Sequence record: MN871447.1
Strand: one strand, 5' to 3'
Length of the DNA: 64,000 nt
Part shown: one piece after another, positions 1-9,733 of the stretch
Numbering within the stretch: position 1 is the first letter of the stretch
How the letters are laid out: the number at the start of each line of letters is the position of its first letter
The notes under the pieces: model-generated
Databases searched by the model: none
The model's input: only the letters and a program-made list of their open reading frames with translations
What the model was told of the DNA's origin: nothing
Program-made: the position numbers and the translations under genes

Positions 1-23
1 AAAGCTGCCGTACTTACTGTCAT
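1..23 (-). CDS. 5' end of a gene truncated by the window edge (MTVSTAA...)
   Basis: Minus-strand ATG at 21-23 preceded by GAGG SD (gcGAGGtttaaaATG), just downstream of the tail fibre stop. Confidence 0.5.
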
Positions 24-35
24 TTTAAACCTCGC

Positions 36-2267
36 TTAAAGGGAAGTCGGTGGATTCAGGACCGCAAATTGATTGTTGGGTAAAGGCATGAAAACTTCTT
101 TGGACCCTAAGTTACAAATAGTACGTCCTACGCGCAGATCGGTGTCCAACGTAGTCATGTCAGCGGTTTCGTCGATCGCCCAAGCGGAACCGGAATATTT
201 ATAACTTTGACGAGAGATCACATCGACAATACTATAAACCAAACCACCGAAGGTAGTAGGCGTAAAGATCAGCGAATCTTTACCATTGACGATAAACCCA
301 CCCATGTTCGCAAAAGCGGATGAACTGAAGGTCACCGAACTCACGTCAACCGTGACGGTCGTAGAGGCTACGGTCACGGACATACTGGTCCCGGATTTCG
401 TACAGGTAACCTGAATAGAGGAACCCGTTAACGCCGCGATTGCAACGTCACTTCCTTTGGTCCAAGTACCGGCGATATACGTACCGAGATAGACCGCACC
501 GTTTTTAAAGAAGATACCGGCGTAATTATCATTACCGCTAGTGTCTTGATAGTAACCGAAAATAAACCCAGGTACTGAAGTACCCGTCGCCACATCGACA
601 TACCCTTTCTGGGAGTAAGTAGAAGGCGCCGCAATCAACAATGCCGATACTTTATCCGCGGCCTGTAACGGAGAAGTCAACGTACGCAGGGTAGCATCCC
701 ACGTTTTGTTAATCCCCGTTGAATGCGTTACCGCCGCATCGAGTAGCCCGCCGGCCGGGAACCCGGCCGTGAGTTTAGCGATATAACTCGGCTGGCAGGA
801 ATAATCACGAACGATTACGTTGTTCTTAATAGCCGTCACCACACCTGCGGGATCGACGTATTTCTGAGTGACGGTACCGGCGGCGTTCTCTGCACTTGAG
901 GCAAAGCCGGCATTAACCACGTTTCCTAAGCCTACATCCGCTGCCGTTAAGTTAGTCCCTTGTTCAATCGCTTGGTCGACATAAATTTTCGCAGCATTGG
1001 TCCACCAATACGCAATTCCCGCTGGAGTGGTATAGAGGTTGGCGGCAGTCCCTAAAACGGTTTGGTCGTTCGTTGCCGTTCCGTAGTTCTGAACGTTACC
1101 TAACCCGACTTGCGCCGCGGTCACACTGTGCGGATTATTTTTATCCAGTAAGTGCGCTGCCAGCGGTTGGTCAGTTGAGTTTGTCAACATCAGGTTGGCC
1201 AGATACGGGGTCAGTAAAGTCGTTTTACTCACACCCGCTAACGCTTCTTCTTCCGTTGCTGTGGTGTAGTTAGGGACATTCCCCAAGCCCACTTGTGCTT
1301 TAGTGACGCCATGCGGGTTATTAGTGTTCGTGGTGTGGAACTCCATGATACCCGGAACCAGCGCGTTTGCCAGAATCCTGCCGCCCGACGGGGTCAGGTA
1401 CAGGTTATCCGCTACCCCTGCCGAAGATTCGAGGGTGTTCGCAACACGGTAGTTTTGTACCAGATCTAACCCAACTTGGGCTTTATTCACCTTGTGCGGG
1501 TTACTGTCGTCGTTCTCGTGCGCTTCCAGTAACGGCAAGTAAATTGCCTGGAATTGCTGAGACGTTCTTAAAGACGTCATGTAGTACGTATTATCTGTAC
1601 CGCCTTCTGCCTGCTCTTTATTCGCCGGAACCAGATTACCCAGATCGTCAATACCCAAATCGGCCAATGTGATTTTGTGTGGGTTGTTGTGGTCGGCAAT
1701 GTGTTCTAGCAAAGATTGCATGGCTTTATTAAAGCCGGCAGATTGTGCATCAGAAAGCGAATAGATCGCAGAAATCACTTCGCTGAAGCCCGTCATGTCA
1801 TCAACGTCATGACGGTGGGCGATAGTCGGGAATTCCGTTGGGAGATCAACCACGGCACCCCATTGCAAGGAACGCGGGTCTTGCGCTTTGTTCGCCATGA
1901 GCTGGAGAATTTTATTCTCGTCTAAACAGAATTCTCCCCCTAGGGTGTGGTATTCAATTTCGATATTGGCGCTGAGTGATTTATCGTTAAAGACAATCGC
2001 ACCGTAGACCGGTAACTGACTTCCAGAAACCGTAATTTGGTCGAAACGGAAACCAAAGAAATAATCGACGTCAGGACGTAAGGTGACGCCGGTGGTCGTA
2101 TTGCGGCAGACAAAGCCGCGACGGAAAAACGGCGCGTAACGCGGGACAATAAAGTTAAAGTCGGTTCCGTTAGCTGCTGTTATCGTATGAGCCTCACCTG
2201 AGATCTGGTTACTTTCATTCTCTTGGTAAGGATCGAAGTCATATGGGAATACAATTTCGTCGCTCAT
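36..2267 (-). CDS. Tail fibre / baseplate fibre protein with five HxxxxxNPHxVTxAQVGLGNVxNY-type repeats
   Basis: ORF 36..2279; better start MSDEIVF at 2267 with GAGGA SD. Repeat type is typical of phage tail fibres; beta-rich C-terminal domain. Confidence 0.75.
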   Translation of the reverse strand: MSDEIVFPYDFDPYQENESNQISGEAHTITAANGTDFNFIVPRYAPFFRRGFVCRNTTTGVTLRPDVDYFFGFRFDQITVSGSQLPVYGAIVFNDKSLSANIEIEYHTLGGEFCLDENKILQLMANKAQDPRSLQWGAVVDLPTEFPTIAHRHDVDDMTGFSEVISAIYSLSDAQSAGFNKAMQSLLEHIADHNNPHKITLADLGIDDLGNLVPANKEQAEGGTDNTYYMTSLRTSQQFQAIYLPLLEAHENDDSNPHKVNKAQVGLDLVQNYRVANTLESSAGVADNLYLTPSGGRILANALVPGIMEFHTTNTNNPHGVTKAQVGLGNVPNYTTATEEEALAGVSKTTLLTPYLANLMLTNSTDQPLAAHLLDKNNPHSVTAAQVGLGNVQNYGTATNDQTVLGTAANLYTTPAGIAYWWTNAAKIYVDQAIEQGTNLTAADVGLGNVVNAGFASSAENAAGTVTQKYVDPAGVVTAIKNNVIVRDYSCQPSYIAKLTAGFPAGGLLDAAVTHSTGINKTWDATLRTLTSPLQAADKVSALLIAAPSTYSQKGYVDVATGTSVPGFIFGYYQDTSGNDNYAGIFFKNGAVYLGTYIAGTWTKGSDVAIAALTGSSIQVTCTKSGTSMSVTVASTTVTVDVSSVTFSSSAFANMGGFIVNGKDSLIFTPTTFGGLVYSIVDVISRQSYKYSGSAWAIDETADMTTLDTDLRVGRTICNLGSKEVFMPLPNNQFAVLNPPTSL
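840..1705 (-). repeat. About 60-aa tandem protein repeats (NPH..VT.AQVGLGNV.NY...A......G......TP) x5
   Basis: HIADHNNPHKITLADLG, HENDDSNPHKVNKAQVGLDLVQNY, HTTNTNNPHGVTKAQVGLGNVPNY, HLLDKNNPHSVTAAQVGLGNVQNY, LTAADVGLGNVVNA. Confidence 0.9.
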
Positions 2268-2332
2268 GATTATCCTCAATGTACCATCGGCCGATGGATC
2301 AACATACCAATACTCATCAAAAAGGACCGGAC

Positions 2333-3577
2333 ATGTATCAGCTTATTCAGGCACAAACACGAACGAAAGGCAGTTTTAATGATTGGGAAGAAAAGGCACT
2401 GGGTGAAGTACGACTGATTACCATCTTCACTTTGTACAGCAATGTTCTGGTTTACCTCTTCGACGCGACTAACGAGAAGAACGGGTGGCTGGATCTCTAT
2501 AGTCTCCCGGTGTCGGTGCGCGATTCTGTCGCCACGTTAAATCAATACCTTGAATTAGCATCTGGTCTGACTTTGGTGGAAGACGACCCTCGTGGTCAAC
2601 GCGGTGACAGTTACGTTCGCTTTCTGAATGCAATGGCGTACAAGTTCACCTTTAAAGGGACTAACGCTAATTTCAGTACCGACGAAAACCTGTTACCAGA
2701 TCAACGTATTGACCTTCTGGTGCAACGGGACGGGATTACCGATTACAGTACCATTGTTGACCAATCTCTTTGGACAGTCAACGGACTCTGTTTCCGAGCA
2801 TGGCCGATTGATGGCGAAGGGATTACACTGAACCACGCTGGTAAGTTTGCGTCCAAGTTTAACGACTTACGTGTAGGGATTCTGGATTTTAGTTCAATTG
2901 GGAAAGTAGAGACTTACCCTATTTCGGCGAGTATGATTCAGGGCGGTGGGGAAGCGTTACCATTAGCTAAAGGGTTTTACTTACGTTCTCCGGTGGCGCT
3001 GACCGGGAAAACCGTTGGTCTGGTAGTAGCGGGGAAACTGTATCTTCTCGATAAAGAAGTCTCTGTTACTGGGGAAACCCGTATCCAAGTCCATATGCAG
3101 AATATCAACCTGATCAACCACTTTTTTGAAACGCACCAATATTTGGACTACAGTGACATTCCGCTTTCTAAAGATGAGAATGAAACAGAACAGGTGGTTG
3201 CAAATCAGTTCATCGCTGACGCAGTGATCAAAGCGTTTATGACTTCGGTTTATTCTTTCCTGGTGGTGATCGACAGCGTGAACCTCGAGAAAGAATACCT
3301 CAGTTTGAAACGGACATTGATTGACGGGACTTATCTCTCACCGGGCGAGACTTTACCTGACCTTCCGGCACAGATCGGTAACGGGTATCTGGCGGAGTAT
3401 ACCTTGTGGAAACAAGATGGGTTCTATGCACTTCGTCTCCCGCATTCGTTGGTCAGTCGTTGGTTTTACGAAACTATTCCGATGAATGAACGTCAATTGG
3501 TTCAGAACCAACGTTACGGGTATAGACCGACGTTCTCTTCTGAAGCGCGGTTTCTCTTGATTAAAAAGGTGGCCTGA
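2333..3577 (+). CDS. Probable virion structural protein (phiKZ-like core), function unknown
   Basis: ORF 2279..3577; better start MYQLIQ at 2333 with AAAGGA SD; beta-rich; divergent from the fibre gene. Confidence 0.6.
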   Translation: MYQLIQAQTRTKGSFNDWEEKALGEVRLITIFTLYSNVLVYLFDATNEKNGWLDLYSLPVSVRDSVATLNQYLELASGLTLVEDDPRGQRGDSYVRFLNAMAYKFTFKGTNANFSTDENLLPDQRIDLLVQRDGITDYSTIVDQSLWTVNGLCFRAWPIDGEGITLNHAGKFASKFNDLRVGILDFSSIGKVETYPISASMIQGGGEALPLAKGFYLRSPVALTGKTVGLVVAGKLYLLDKEVSVTGETRIQVHMQNINLINHFFETHQYLDYSDIPLSKDENETEQVVANQFIADAVIKAFMTSVYSFLVVIDSVNLEKEYLSLKRTLIDGTYLSPGETLPDLPAQIGNGYLAEYTLWKQDGFYALRLPHSLVSRWFYETIPMNERQLVQNQRYGYRPTFSSEARFLLIKKVA

Positions 3578-3579
3578 GT

Positions 3580-4179
3580 ATGTGGACTTCATTTTTCAAC
3601 AACAAGTTAGTTAGGTGGCTTCTGGTCATTCTCTCTATTTTGCTCTTTATCTACGGTGTATTTAAAGCCGGGGAATACGCACAGAAAAAGATCACTGAAA
3701 CAATCGCCGACGTCACGAACCAAATGACGCAAACCATCCAAAAGAATTTGCAACAGTCGCTTGATGAGCACATGGGCGTGTTACAAAACGAATTGGATAA
3801 TAACTTGTCTTCAATCAATGGTAAATTCGATGAACAACAAAAAGCGATTAAAAATACTCAGTCTAAGCTTGATGGTATTGGTGATGTGTGGTTGCGCGTC
3901 GAAAGAGTACGTACCGACCAAAAACACATCGGTAACGCTCAAGGTACCGGAAGTCAAACTCCCGGAAGTTCGGGAGGAAGTGATGGAACCTATTACGCCA
4001 AACTTCCAGCTGAGAATGTGCAATTTCTTAAAGGGGAAGCCTTTAGAGCAGATCAATGCGCCGTGCGATTAAACGCTGCGCAGCAGGTCATCGTTCAGTA
4101 TAAAGGGGCGTTTGTAAAATACCAGGAACTCGTGGAAGTTTACCTTAACGCCGGCCAACTTGATGGTAAGACAAAATAA
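3580..4179 (+). CDS. Inner-membrane spanin (Rz-like i-spanin)
   Basis: Single N-terminal TM (VRWLLVILSILLFIYGVF), long coiled-coil periplasmic region, Gly/Ser linker, C-terminal Cys; embeds a lipoprotein ORF in another frame. Confidence 0.8.
   Translation: MWTSFFNNKLVRWLLVILSILLFIYGVFKAGEYAQKKITETIADVTNQMTQTIQKNLQQSLDEHMGVLQNELDNNLSSINGKFDEQQKAIKNTQSKLDGIGDVWLRVERVRTDQKHIGNAQGTGSQTPGSSGGSDGTYYAKLPAENVQFLKGEAFRADQCAVRLNAAQQVIVQYKGAFVKYQELVEVYLNAGQLDGKTK
3830..4072 (+). CDS. Outer-membrane spanin lipoprotein (Rz1-like o-spanin), fully embedded in the i-spanin gene
   Basis: From ATG 3830: MNNKKRLKILSLSLMVLVMCG-CASK. Basic n-region, hydrophobic h-region, lipobox-like MCG/C with Cys22; Pro-containing mature part with two more Cys; 80 aa. 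Confidence 0.8.
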   Translation: MNNKKRLKILSLSLMVLVMCGCASKEYVPTKNTSVTLKVPEVKLPEVREEVMEPITPNFQLRMCNFLKGKPLEQINAPCD

Positions 4180-4182
4180 AAT

Positions 4183-4211
4183 AAAGGTAGAGGGTTTGAC
4201 CCTCTACCTTT
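4183..4211. terminator. Bidirectional intrinsic terminator between convergent genes
   Basis: aaaggtagaggg-tttga-ccctctaccttt, 12-bp stem with A/T tracts on both sides. Confidence 0.85.
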
Positions 4212-4217
4212 TATATT

Positions 4218-4814
4218 TTATCGTCTGCTACGTAACGCGGTGATAACGTCTGCTACTACACTGCTGTTGATCTTATCGCCTACCACTGCCGAAAGGATAT
4301 CTCGGCGCTCTCGGTTAATGATGCCCATGTAATACCACGTCACCATCATCGTCGGTAAGATAATGATCCCTGCTAACGTCGCCGAGGGGAGTTCTTTTCT
4401 ATCGATACACACCACGGCCACTACTGAGGTGAAGATCAAAATAGTGAAGGCCAGTACCATTGCGAACATAGCACCAACCAAACGCCGTGACCTGACTTCG
4501 TATTTATCCGGTTTAGCGATCGCACCAATCACTTCTGGATGAATACCGGGTACCGTCTTATCTGTTTGGTCATTAACAGGCTCTTCTTTTCCTTGTTCCG
4601 GTAAAGGTGCGATTTCCATTTCTAACCATATTGTCTTGTTATCGTCATCGGGATGACTGTCCAGGTATTCCCGCAGGTCTTTCACGGTGGCGGTTTCTGG
4701 GTGAATAGCGGGCGCAAAAAGATGCGCGCGATCCGCAAGCGAGATACCATCCTTATCAACGTAATTACCCAGGACGGTATCGTCAGGGAGTGACAAGAGT
4801 TCATTTAATGTCAT
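4218..4814 (-). CDS. Membrane protein with two C-terminal TM helices; holin/antiholin candidate
   Basis: TM1 LVGAMFAMVLAFTILIFTSVVAVVCI, TM2 LPSATLAGIIILPTMMVTWYYMGII; basic C-tail; adjacent to the spanins. Confidence 0.5.
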   Translation of the reverse strand: MTLNELLSLPDDTVLGNYVDKDGISLADRAHLFAPAIHPETATVKDLREYLDSHPDDDNKTIWLEMEIAPLPEQGKEEPVNDQTDKTVPGIHPEVIGAIAKPDKYEVRSRRLVGAMFAMVLAFTILIFTSVVAVVCIDRKELPSATLAGIIILPTMMVTWYYMGIINRERRDILSAVVGDKINSSVVADVITALRSRR

Positions 4815-5431
4815 TGATAGACCTCATCATAACTTGCCATCAGTTGAAGAAAGACCTCGGACAACGGACGGGTGGCATCAATGAGAGCGACCTTTCCGTT
4901 AGCCTCTGGCGCAAGGTCATTCAAAACCGTTAAGTAACGGTCACGGTAGAAATCAAATTGGGTCGCCAATTCTTCTTCGATGACATCTTTTTTGCGGCGC
5001 CCTAACCGAGCAACGTGGGTGGCGTAATCGATATCCAAGAAAAAGATTGAGTGGTGGTGATCGAAGAGTCCTAATCCTTCGTGGAGATTGAAAATCCAAT
5101 CCCATTCTTCTTTCGGGCTATAGGCGAAAGTCGAAGGCCATGAGCGGTCAAGAATAACGGTATGTCCACCCTCCAGAGCAAAGTTAACTTGACTGTCGAA
5201 GATCTCTTTACGTGCCGAGACGAACAACAGAGCACGAGCAGCGGGGGAAGACGGGCGATCTGACGACTGTGTTAATTCGCGGATTTTTTCTGCAGGGACA
5301 TTGCCGCCAGGCTCACGAAACACCACGACAGATTCACCACGTTCTTTCAACGCCTGTCGGAGTAATGAGACCGCTTCTGTTTTCCCTGCGCCATCGAGTC
5401 CTTCAATGATTAATAGTTTTGCTCTTGCCAT
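4811..5431 (-). CDS. tmk: Thymidylate kinase
   Basis: IIEGLDGAGKT P-loop, FREPGG, LLFVSAR, ILDRSWPSTFAY: the canonical TMPK motif series. Confidence 0.93.
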   Translation of the reverse strand: MARAKLLIIEGLDGAGKTEAVSLLRQALKERGESVVVFREPGGNVPAEKIRELTQSSDRPSSPAARALLFVSARKEIFDSQVNFALEGGHTVILDRSWPSTFAYSPKEEWDWIFNLHEGLGLFDHHHSIFFLDIDYATHVARLGRRKKDVIEEELATQFDFYRDRYLTVLNDLAPEANGKVALIDATRPLSEVFLQLMASYDEVYQ

Positions 5432-5441
5432 GTTTACCTTC

Positions 5442-6023
5442 TTAAATTATACCCGTTAATTCCCGTTTCCATTTAAGGAACAACCAATACCCGATGGCGA
5501 TTGAATCGATGCTGTGTTCATCGAGTTCATCGATATCTAATTCGCTATCAACATACAACGTCTTTTCTGTAATCAATTTTTTCACCGCTTTACGAACGGC
5601 TTCTTTGTCCCCACCTTTACCTGGCGCACCAACCGCCTTTTTTGCCGTGGGTGGATCAACTAAAAATAATGGTAATGTGTTTTTAAAATCCCAGACTGCC
5701 TCACGGGCCATCACAATCCCTTCTACCAGAGACTGGAAAGCGGAGACAAATTTCAATTTCATGAACGCCGATTCGCAAGAGACTAAGACAGGGTTAAAAT
5801 AATGCAAACGTTCGATAAGGAACTCTCTGCACTTTGCATGTCGCGCACCTCGGTCCCCTAAGACCAATTCCGGACTAACGTCAGTTAAGAAGCGATCAGC
5901 GTGGAAAGTCTCAGCGTGGCGGAGGTAAACTTTCCCGGTATCGAGATCGTAATCTAAAATCGAAATCCCAAAACAACGACTCCCTGGGTCAATACCCATG
6001 ATTCTAAAAAATTGGTCATTCAT
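5442..6023 (-). CDS. ruvC: RuvC-like Holliday junction resolvase
   Basis: IMGIDPGSRCFG (D1), CESAF (E), PPTAKKAVG..G.GDKEAV, DEHSIDSIAIG (D3/D4). Confidence 0.9.
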   Translation of the reverse strand: MNDQFFRIMGIDPGSRCFGISILDYDLDTGKVYLRHAETFHADRFLTDVSPELVLGDRGARHAKCREFLIERLHYFNPVLVSCESAFMKLKFVSAFQSLVEGIVMAREAVWDFKNTLPLFLVDPPTAKKAVGAPGKGGDKEAVRKAVKKLITEKTLYVDSELDIDELDEHSIDSIAIGYWLFLKWKRELTGII

Positions 6024-6070
6024 TGTCGTTCCTTAACACTATTTCAAAATAAATACATGGTCTATAAAAT

Positions 6071-6097
6071 AAGAAAGGGGACCGAAGCCCCCTTTCT
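6071..6097 (-). terminator. Intrinsic terminator hairpin
   Basis: aagaaagggg-accgaag-cccctttctt inverted repeat after the stop of 6106..7251. Confidence 0.7.
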
Positions 6098-6105
6098 TTT
6101 GTCTG

Positions 6106-7251
6106 TTATTCTTCGGTTTCGATATCGTAACGCAGTGAAGCCTGACCGACAACAAACGACACCGTAGACGGCGTCACGTTGACTGTCTCTGTCCATCCAT
6201 GAATAGACCGTTTACGCGTGATCGAGGTGACTCTGGCGTTAGTGAACGCGGTGGTCAATTTCGCTTTGTTCGCTTCGGTATTCATTGTAGCCCAGTTTGC
6301 GGCAATCATGTTCACAATTGCTTTAACCAGACTAGCGTCCGTGATTTCACTACCTACACGGAACTGCTGAATCGCATTCTGATAATCCGAGAAATCCAGA
6401 GGGCGAGTCAAGACCAAGGCCGAGTAACGATTGGTACCGACACCAGTCGGATAATCAAATCCTACCAACGCACCCGTGCGCAGGCTGCTCAGGTCAATCA
6501 CCGGCGGGTATTCCAAGCCATTGAGTTCGGAAGTGAAATTATTCAGGGCGATGTCACTTGGGTACTCAAGGCCATTAAGTTCTGTAACCGTGATTAATGT
6601 ATTGAGGTCCTGACTTCCTGGGTACTCCAGACCGTTCAGATCGGTTTCAACGATCACCTTGTCAAGATCAAAGATCGACGGGTAGTATAACCCTTCCATC
6701 GCCGTCTGACGAATTGACCACGTAATGCCCGAGAAACTATTGCCTTTGAAGGCATCCAGATTATCGGTAATAATGCTGCTGAGAGAAGTTTTCGTATTAC
6801 GGAGGTAAAACTCGACAGAGCCTGTCCAACTCCAGCTGGTTTCTGCAATCGGCCACGAGATAAAGATTTCTTCATCTCCGGCATCCGTGTTCAGATCCAA
6901 CAAGCCGGCGGCGAAATCGCTGTCCTCAAATGGTGGTAGACCATACGTTTCACAGAGCGACGCGAGGATTTTCCGGTTATTTAATCCTGAGCCTGCCTGA
7001 ACGTGTAATTCAATCCCTTTGAACAACGTTTGGAAGTTACGTTTAAACAACGAGATATCATCACGGACACCGTAATACTTGCCCGAGGTGTCTTTAACGA
7101 TGAACTTCTGACGTGCCTCGAAACTATCGTATTCGCCCCTTTCAATTGATAACGTATCAACTGTGAACGCTGCGCCGTGATCCGCGTTAGCTTTGTTGAT
7201 GAGACCAACAATTTCTGCTTCAATCGTAGGGTAACCAAAAACGGTACTCAT
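6106..7251 (-). CDS. Virion (baseplate-associated) protein with internal LNGLEYP repeats
   Basis: 381-aa ORF in structural operon; repeats TAMEGLYYP, TDLNGLEYP, TELNGLEYP, SELNGLEYP, GALVGFDYP; partly paralogous to 8855..9709. Confidence 0.65.
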   Translation of the reverse strand: MSTVFGYPTIEAEIVGLINKANADHGAAFTVDTLSIERGEYDSFEARQKFIVKDTSGKYYGVRDDISLFKRNFQTLFKGIELHVQAGSGLNNRKILASLCETYGLPPFEDSDFAAGLLDLNTDAGDEEIFISWPIAETSWSWTGSVEFYLRNTKTSLSSIITDNLDAFKGNSFSGITWSIRQTAMEGLYYPSIFDLDKVIVETDLNGLEYPGSQDLNTLITVTELNGLEYPSDIALNNFTSELNGLEYPPVIDLSSLRTGALVGFDYPTGVGTNRYSALVLTRPLDFSDYQNAIQQFRVGSEITDASLVKAIVNMIAANWATMNTEANKAKLTTAFTNARVTSITRKRSIHGWTETVNVTPSTVSFVVGQASLRYDIETEE

Positions 7252-7264
7252 TGGTCACCTCCTG

Positions 7265-8182
7265 TTAAGCCAGTGAACGGATGGTGGCCGTAATGCTGGA
7301 TGTTGTAGACAGGGTCGCTACGCTATTCGAGGTCAGCATCGGTTCGTTAGCGCCCATTTCCAGCGTGATAACAAAGCCTTGGTTATCGAAGGACAGCTGG
7401 CGATACGTCGACAGCCAGGTCAATACCTGGGCGTAGATCGCTTCATTCATGTTGATTTGCGCGCCGCCCGGACCCACCGCTTGTACAGTACGCTGGATAG
7501 CGGAAACCAAACCGATCTCCGAGATAATCGCACGCTTCTGTGAACCGTAGAGAATGCTGGCGACATTATTCAGTTCCGCAACATCGTTCTCGTCGAAAGG
7601 TACGTCAACTTCCATACTGGCAGTCAGGTACTCAGAGTTCGTTGTGGTCGCCTGGGCAGAGGTCAGCGTTGGGCGGGTCGGGAACAGGTTCGATGAGTTC
7701 GGGACAAATTCGGTAGTGGTTGCTTCCCCGTCCACTACAACGGTATGGCGCAAGGTCGGTTTCGCAGCAGAGAGATCAACCTTTTTCAAATAGTAAGAAA
7801 AATAGTTCACGCCGTTCAGATTCTCTAATTTACGGAGACCGTAGTTCGCCCGTTCAGCAACAGAGAGATCATTGGTTTCCAGACGCATGACAAACGGGAT
7901 CATGTTGAACGGCCCAAAGTCGGCGGCGGTGTGTTGCGCAGGTTCGATAATGATTTCGTTATCGGCGGTCGGGACGTTATAATGTCCTTTATCACCGATA
8001 CAGTAGTAAGCAAACGTAGGACGATCAGTGGTAGCAATTTGGGCATCGCTATTTACCGCGAGTCTTTCGTTTAGCGTGGTGTACTTTAATGCAGTCAACG
8101 GCAGGCCCGCTAACAGATGGGTCTGGAGCAGTCCGCTTAACGCCGTCCGGGCGATGAGATTCGTATTTGTGCTGGCACTCAT
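7265..8182 (-). CDS. Conserved phiKZ-like virion/baseplate structural protein
   Basis: 305-aa ORF with AGGA SD; YYCIGDKGH..., PFVMR..NDL, YYLK, ISEIGLVS pattern recalled from phiKZ-like baseplate proteins (inference). Confidence 0.6.
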   Translation of the reverse strand: MSASTNTNLIARTALSGLLQTHLLAGLPLTALKYTTLNERLAVNSDAQIATTDRPTFAYYCIGDKGHYNVPTADNEIIIEPAQHTAADFGPFNMIPFVMRLETNDLSVAERANYGLRKLENLNGVNYFSYYLKKVDLSAAKPTLRHTVVVDGEATTTEFVPNSSNLFPTRPTLTSAQATTTNSEYLTASMEVDVPFDENDVAELNNVASILYGSQKRAIISEIGLVSAIQRTVQAVGPGGAQINMNEAIYAQVLTWLSTYRQLSFDNQGFVITLEMGANEPMLTSNSVATLSTTSSITATIRSLA

Positions 8183-8255
8183 GTTTAAGTCCTATGCGAA
8201 AAATTCAATCGAGAAGAAGGTACGCCGACTCAGGACGGCGAATGTCATAAAAAGC

Positions 8256-8282
8256 GAAGGAGAGCGCTAAGCGCTCTCCTTC
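8256..8282. terminator. Intrinsic terminator hairpin (bidirectional geometry)
   Basis: gaaggagagcgc-taa-gcgctctccttc 12-bp stem; on minus strand followed by GCTTTT-TATG. Confidence 0.85.
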
Positions 8283-8298
8283 CGTATCTTTTTCTTAA

Positions 8299-8835
8299 TT
8301 AGCTACCAAAGCCATCCTGGGTACCAGGGATGTCGGTGGTGTTCATTCGCGTTTCAGCGGCGGTGATGGTCAGAGTGATCGTACCGAAAAGGGTCAGGTG
8401 GTTTTCAGCCATCGTCACTTTAACGGAAACGGTACTATCTTCATTGGTGACCGGCGCGTCGACGACAATGTCACTCGCTACCATTGAAGAGGAAAATTTA
8501 TCGACCAGGTACGCTAACGCACTGGCGGCGGCATCAGCTTCGTCCCAATTAGCCAGGTCATCAGTGATCGCCTTTTCAATAGCGTAACCCGCGATATCTT
8601 TACGGAGGTAATACACCGTTTTCGCTTCACCGTAAACCAGCGTTGAACTGGCCACCGGGGTTAACAGTACTGATGTGTTCGCGCCATCTTCACGTCCAGA
8701 AACGGCGGTGATATTGGACGCGGTCAAATCGGCGTCAGTGAATACTTCACCCTCAGGGAGAGCAGTGGTTGATTTAGTCAATAAATCATAGAAGGCCGCT
8801 TTGGGGGTTTTCGTTAAATCTAATGAGACCGCCAT
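8299..8835 (-). CDS. Virion structural protein (Ig-like/beta-rich)
   Basis: 178-aa ORF with GAGGA SD; shares N-terminal fold pattern (F.L.....; T.V.L......Y.G...VYY.R.DI) with 8855..9709 and 6106..7251. Confidence 0.6.
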   Translation of the reverse strand: MAVSLDLTKTPKAAFYDLLTKSTTALPEGEVFTDADLTASNITAVSGREDGANTSVLLTPVASSTLVYGEAKTVYYLRKDIAGYAIEKAITDDLANWDEADAAASALAYLVDKFSSSMVASDIVVDAPVTNEDSTVSVKVTMAENHLTLFGTITLTITAAETRMNTTDIPGTQDGFGS

Positions 8836-8854
8836 CGTTTATTTTCCTCTTTGA

Positions 8855-9709
8855 TCAACTTAAATTGTAGTGCAGAATTAAATGTCCTGCAACATTAGTA
8901 CATAAGGTACTGTCTAAATGGATCACGACGCAACGCTCGTAGTTAGTGTTGACGTAAACGGGAGCAGAGGTTGTTAGTCCGTTAAAGTACACGGTGGCGC
9001 CAGCCATGTTCCATGCGGCGGGGGTTGGAGTATTAATCCAGGCTTCTGGAGACTTACGGTTGAGGATAGTGAGGAGTTCCCCCTCGATCAAATCACCGTA
9101 GCCAAACCGCTGCATGTTATCGGCGTCGTAAGTGTAATCCTGAGCATAGAGGTAGAGCGGGCCCTGAATCTTCACCGACTGGTTTGTCGGGTAAGCTAAA
9201 CCGTCGAGGTCTTTGTTCCGAATAACCGTATCGATGGCCTTTTTCGGATCGCCGATGTTGACTTCCAGAATCCCCGTAAACGCCGGACAGGTTGGGCGAA
9301 TACGAATCTGGGTCACAGTCGGAACGATGCTGAGGTTGAGTACTTCGTCGTAAATGTCTTCTGCGGCTAATTGAAAACCAAAGTTAAGATTGATCTCCGC
9401 TAACAGATCGGATTTCTTAAACTTGTTGCTGGCAGAGACATAAACGTCAACTTCAGCAAAGATTTCAGCGATATCTGGACGGTTCCAGGTCAGGGCGATT
9501 TCCCCTTCGCGGCCCATCCCTAAGATCGCAACGAGTTTACCCGCGGTGTTGCGCTTGGGATCCCCGTTTGTATTTTCGGTAAAATTGGTCAGGCGCACCT
9601 GATCTTGCGTAAAGTCGCTTTCTGGGTTCGCTTCTTTGATCAAATCAAAGACGAGTTCGTCGGTGGGTTTATTGTAGTAACCGTTCGGTGTGGCCATTAT
9701 AGACTCCAA
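8855..9709 (-). CDS. Virion structural protein, paralog family of 6106..7251
   Basis: 284-aa ORF with GGAG SD; W.RPDIAEIF, LLAEINLNFG, KDLDGLAYP motifs. Confidence 0.6.
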   Translation of the reverse strand: MESIMATPNGYYNKPTDELVFDLIKEANPESDFTQDQVRLTNFTENTNGDPKRNTAGKLVAILGMGREGEIALTWNRPDIAEIFAEVDVYVSASNKFKKSDLLAEINLNFGFQLAAEDIYDEVLNLSIVPTVTQIRIRPTCPAFTGILEVNIGDPKKAIDTVIRNKDLDGLAYPTNQSVKIQGPLYLYAQDYTYDADNMQRFGYGDLIEGELLTILNRKSPEAWINTPTPAAWNMAGATVYFNGLTTSAPVYVNTNYERCVVIHLDSTLCTNVAGHLILHYNLS

Positions 9710-9733
9710 GTGAAAACTGTTATGTCATAACAA

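Noticed and set aside
6500-6700. Spaced DNA repeats resembling a CRISPR array
   Set aside because: Repeats are degenerate, in-frame coding LNGLEYP copies; no cas genes or leader
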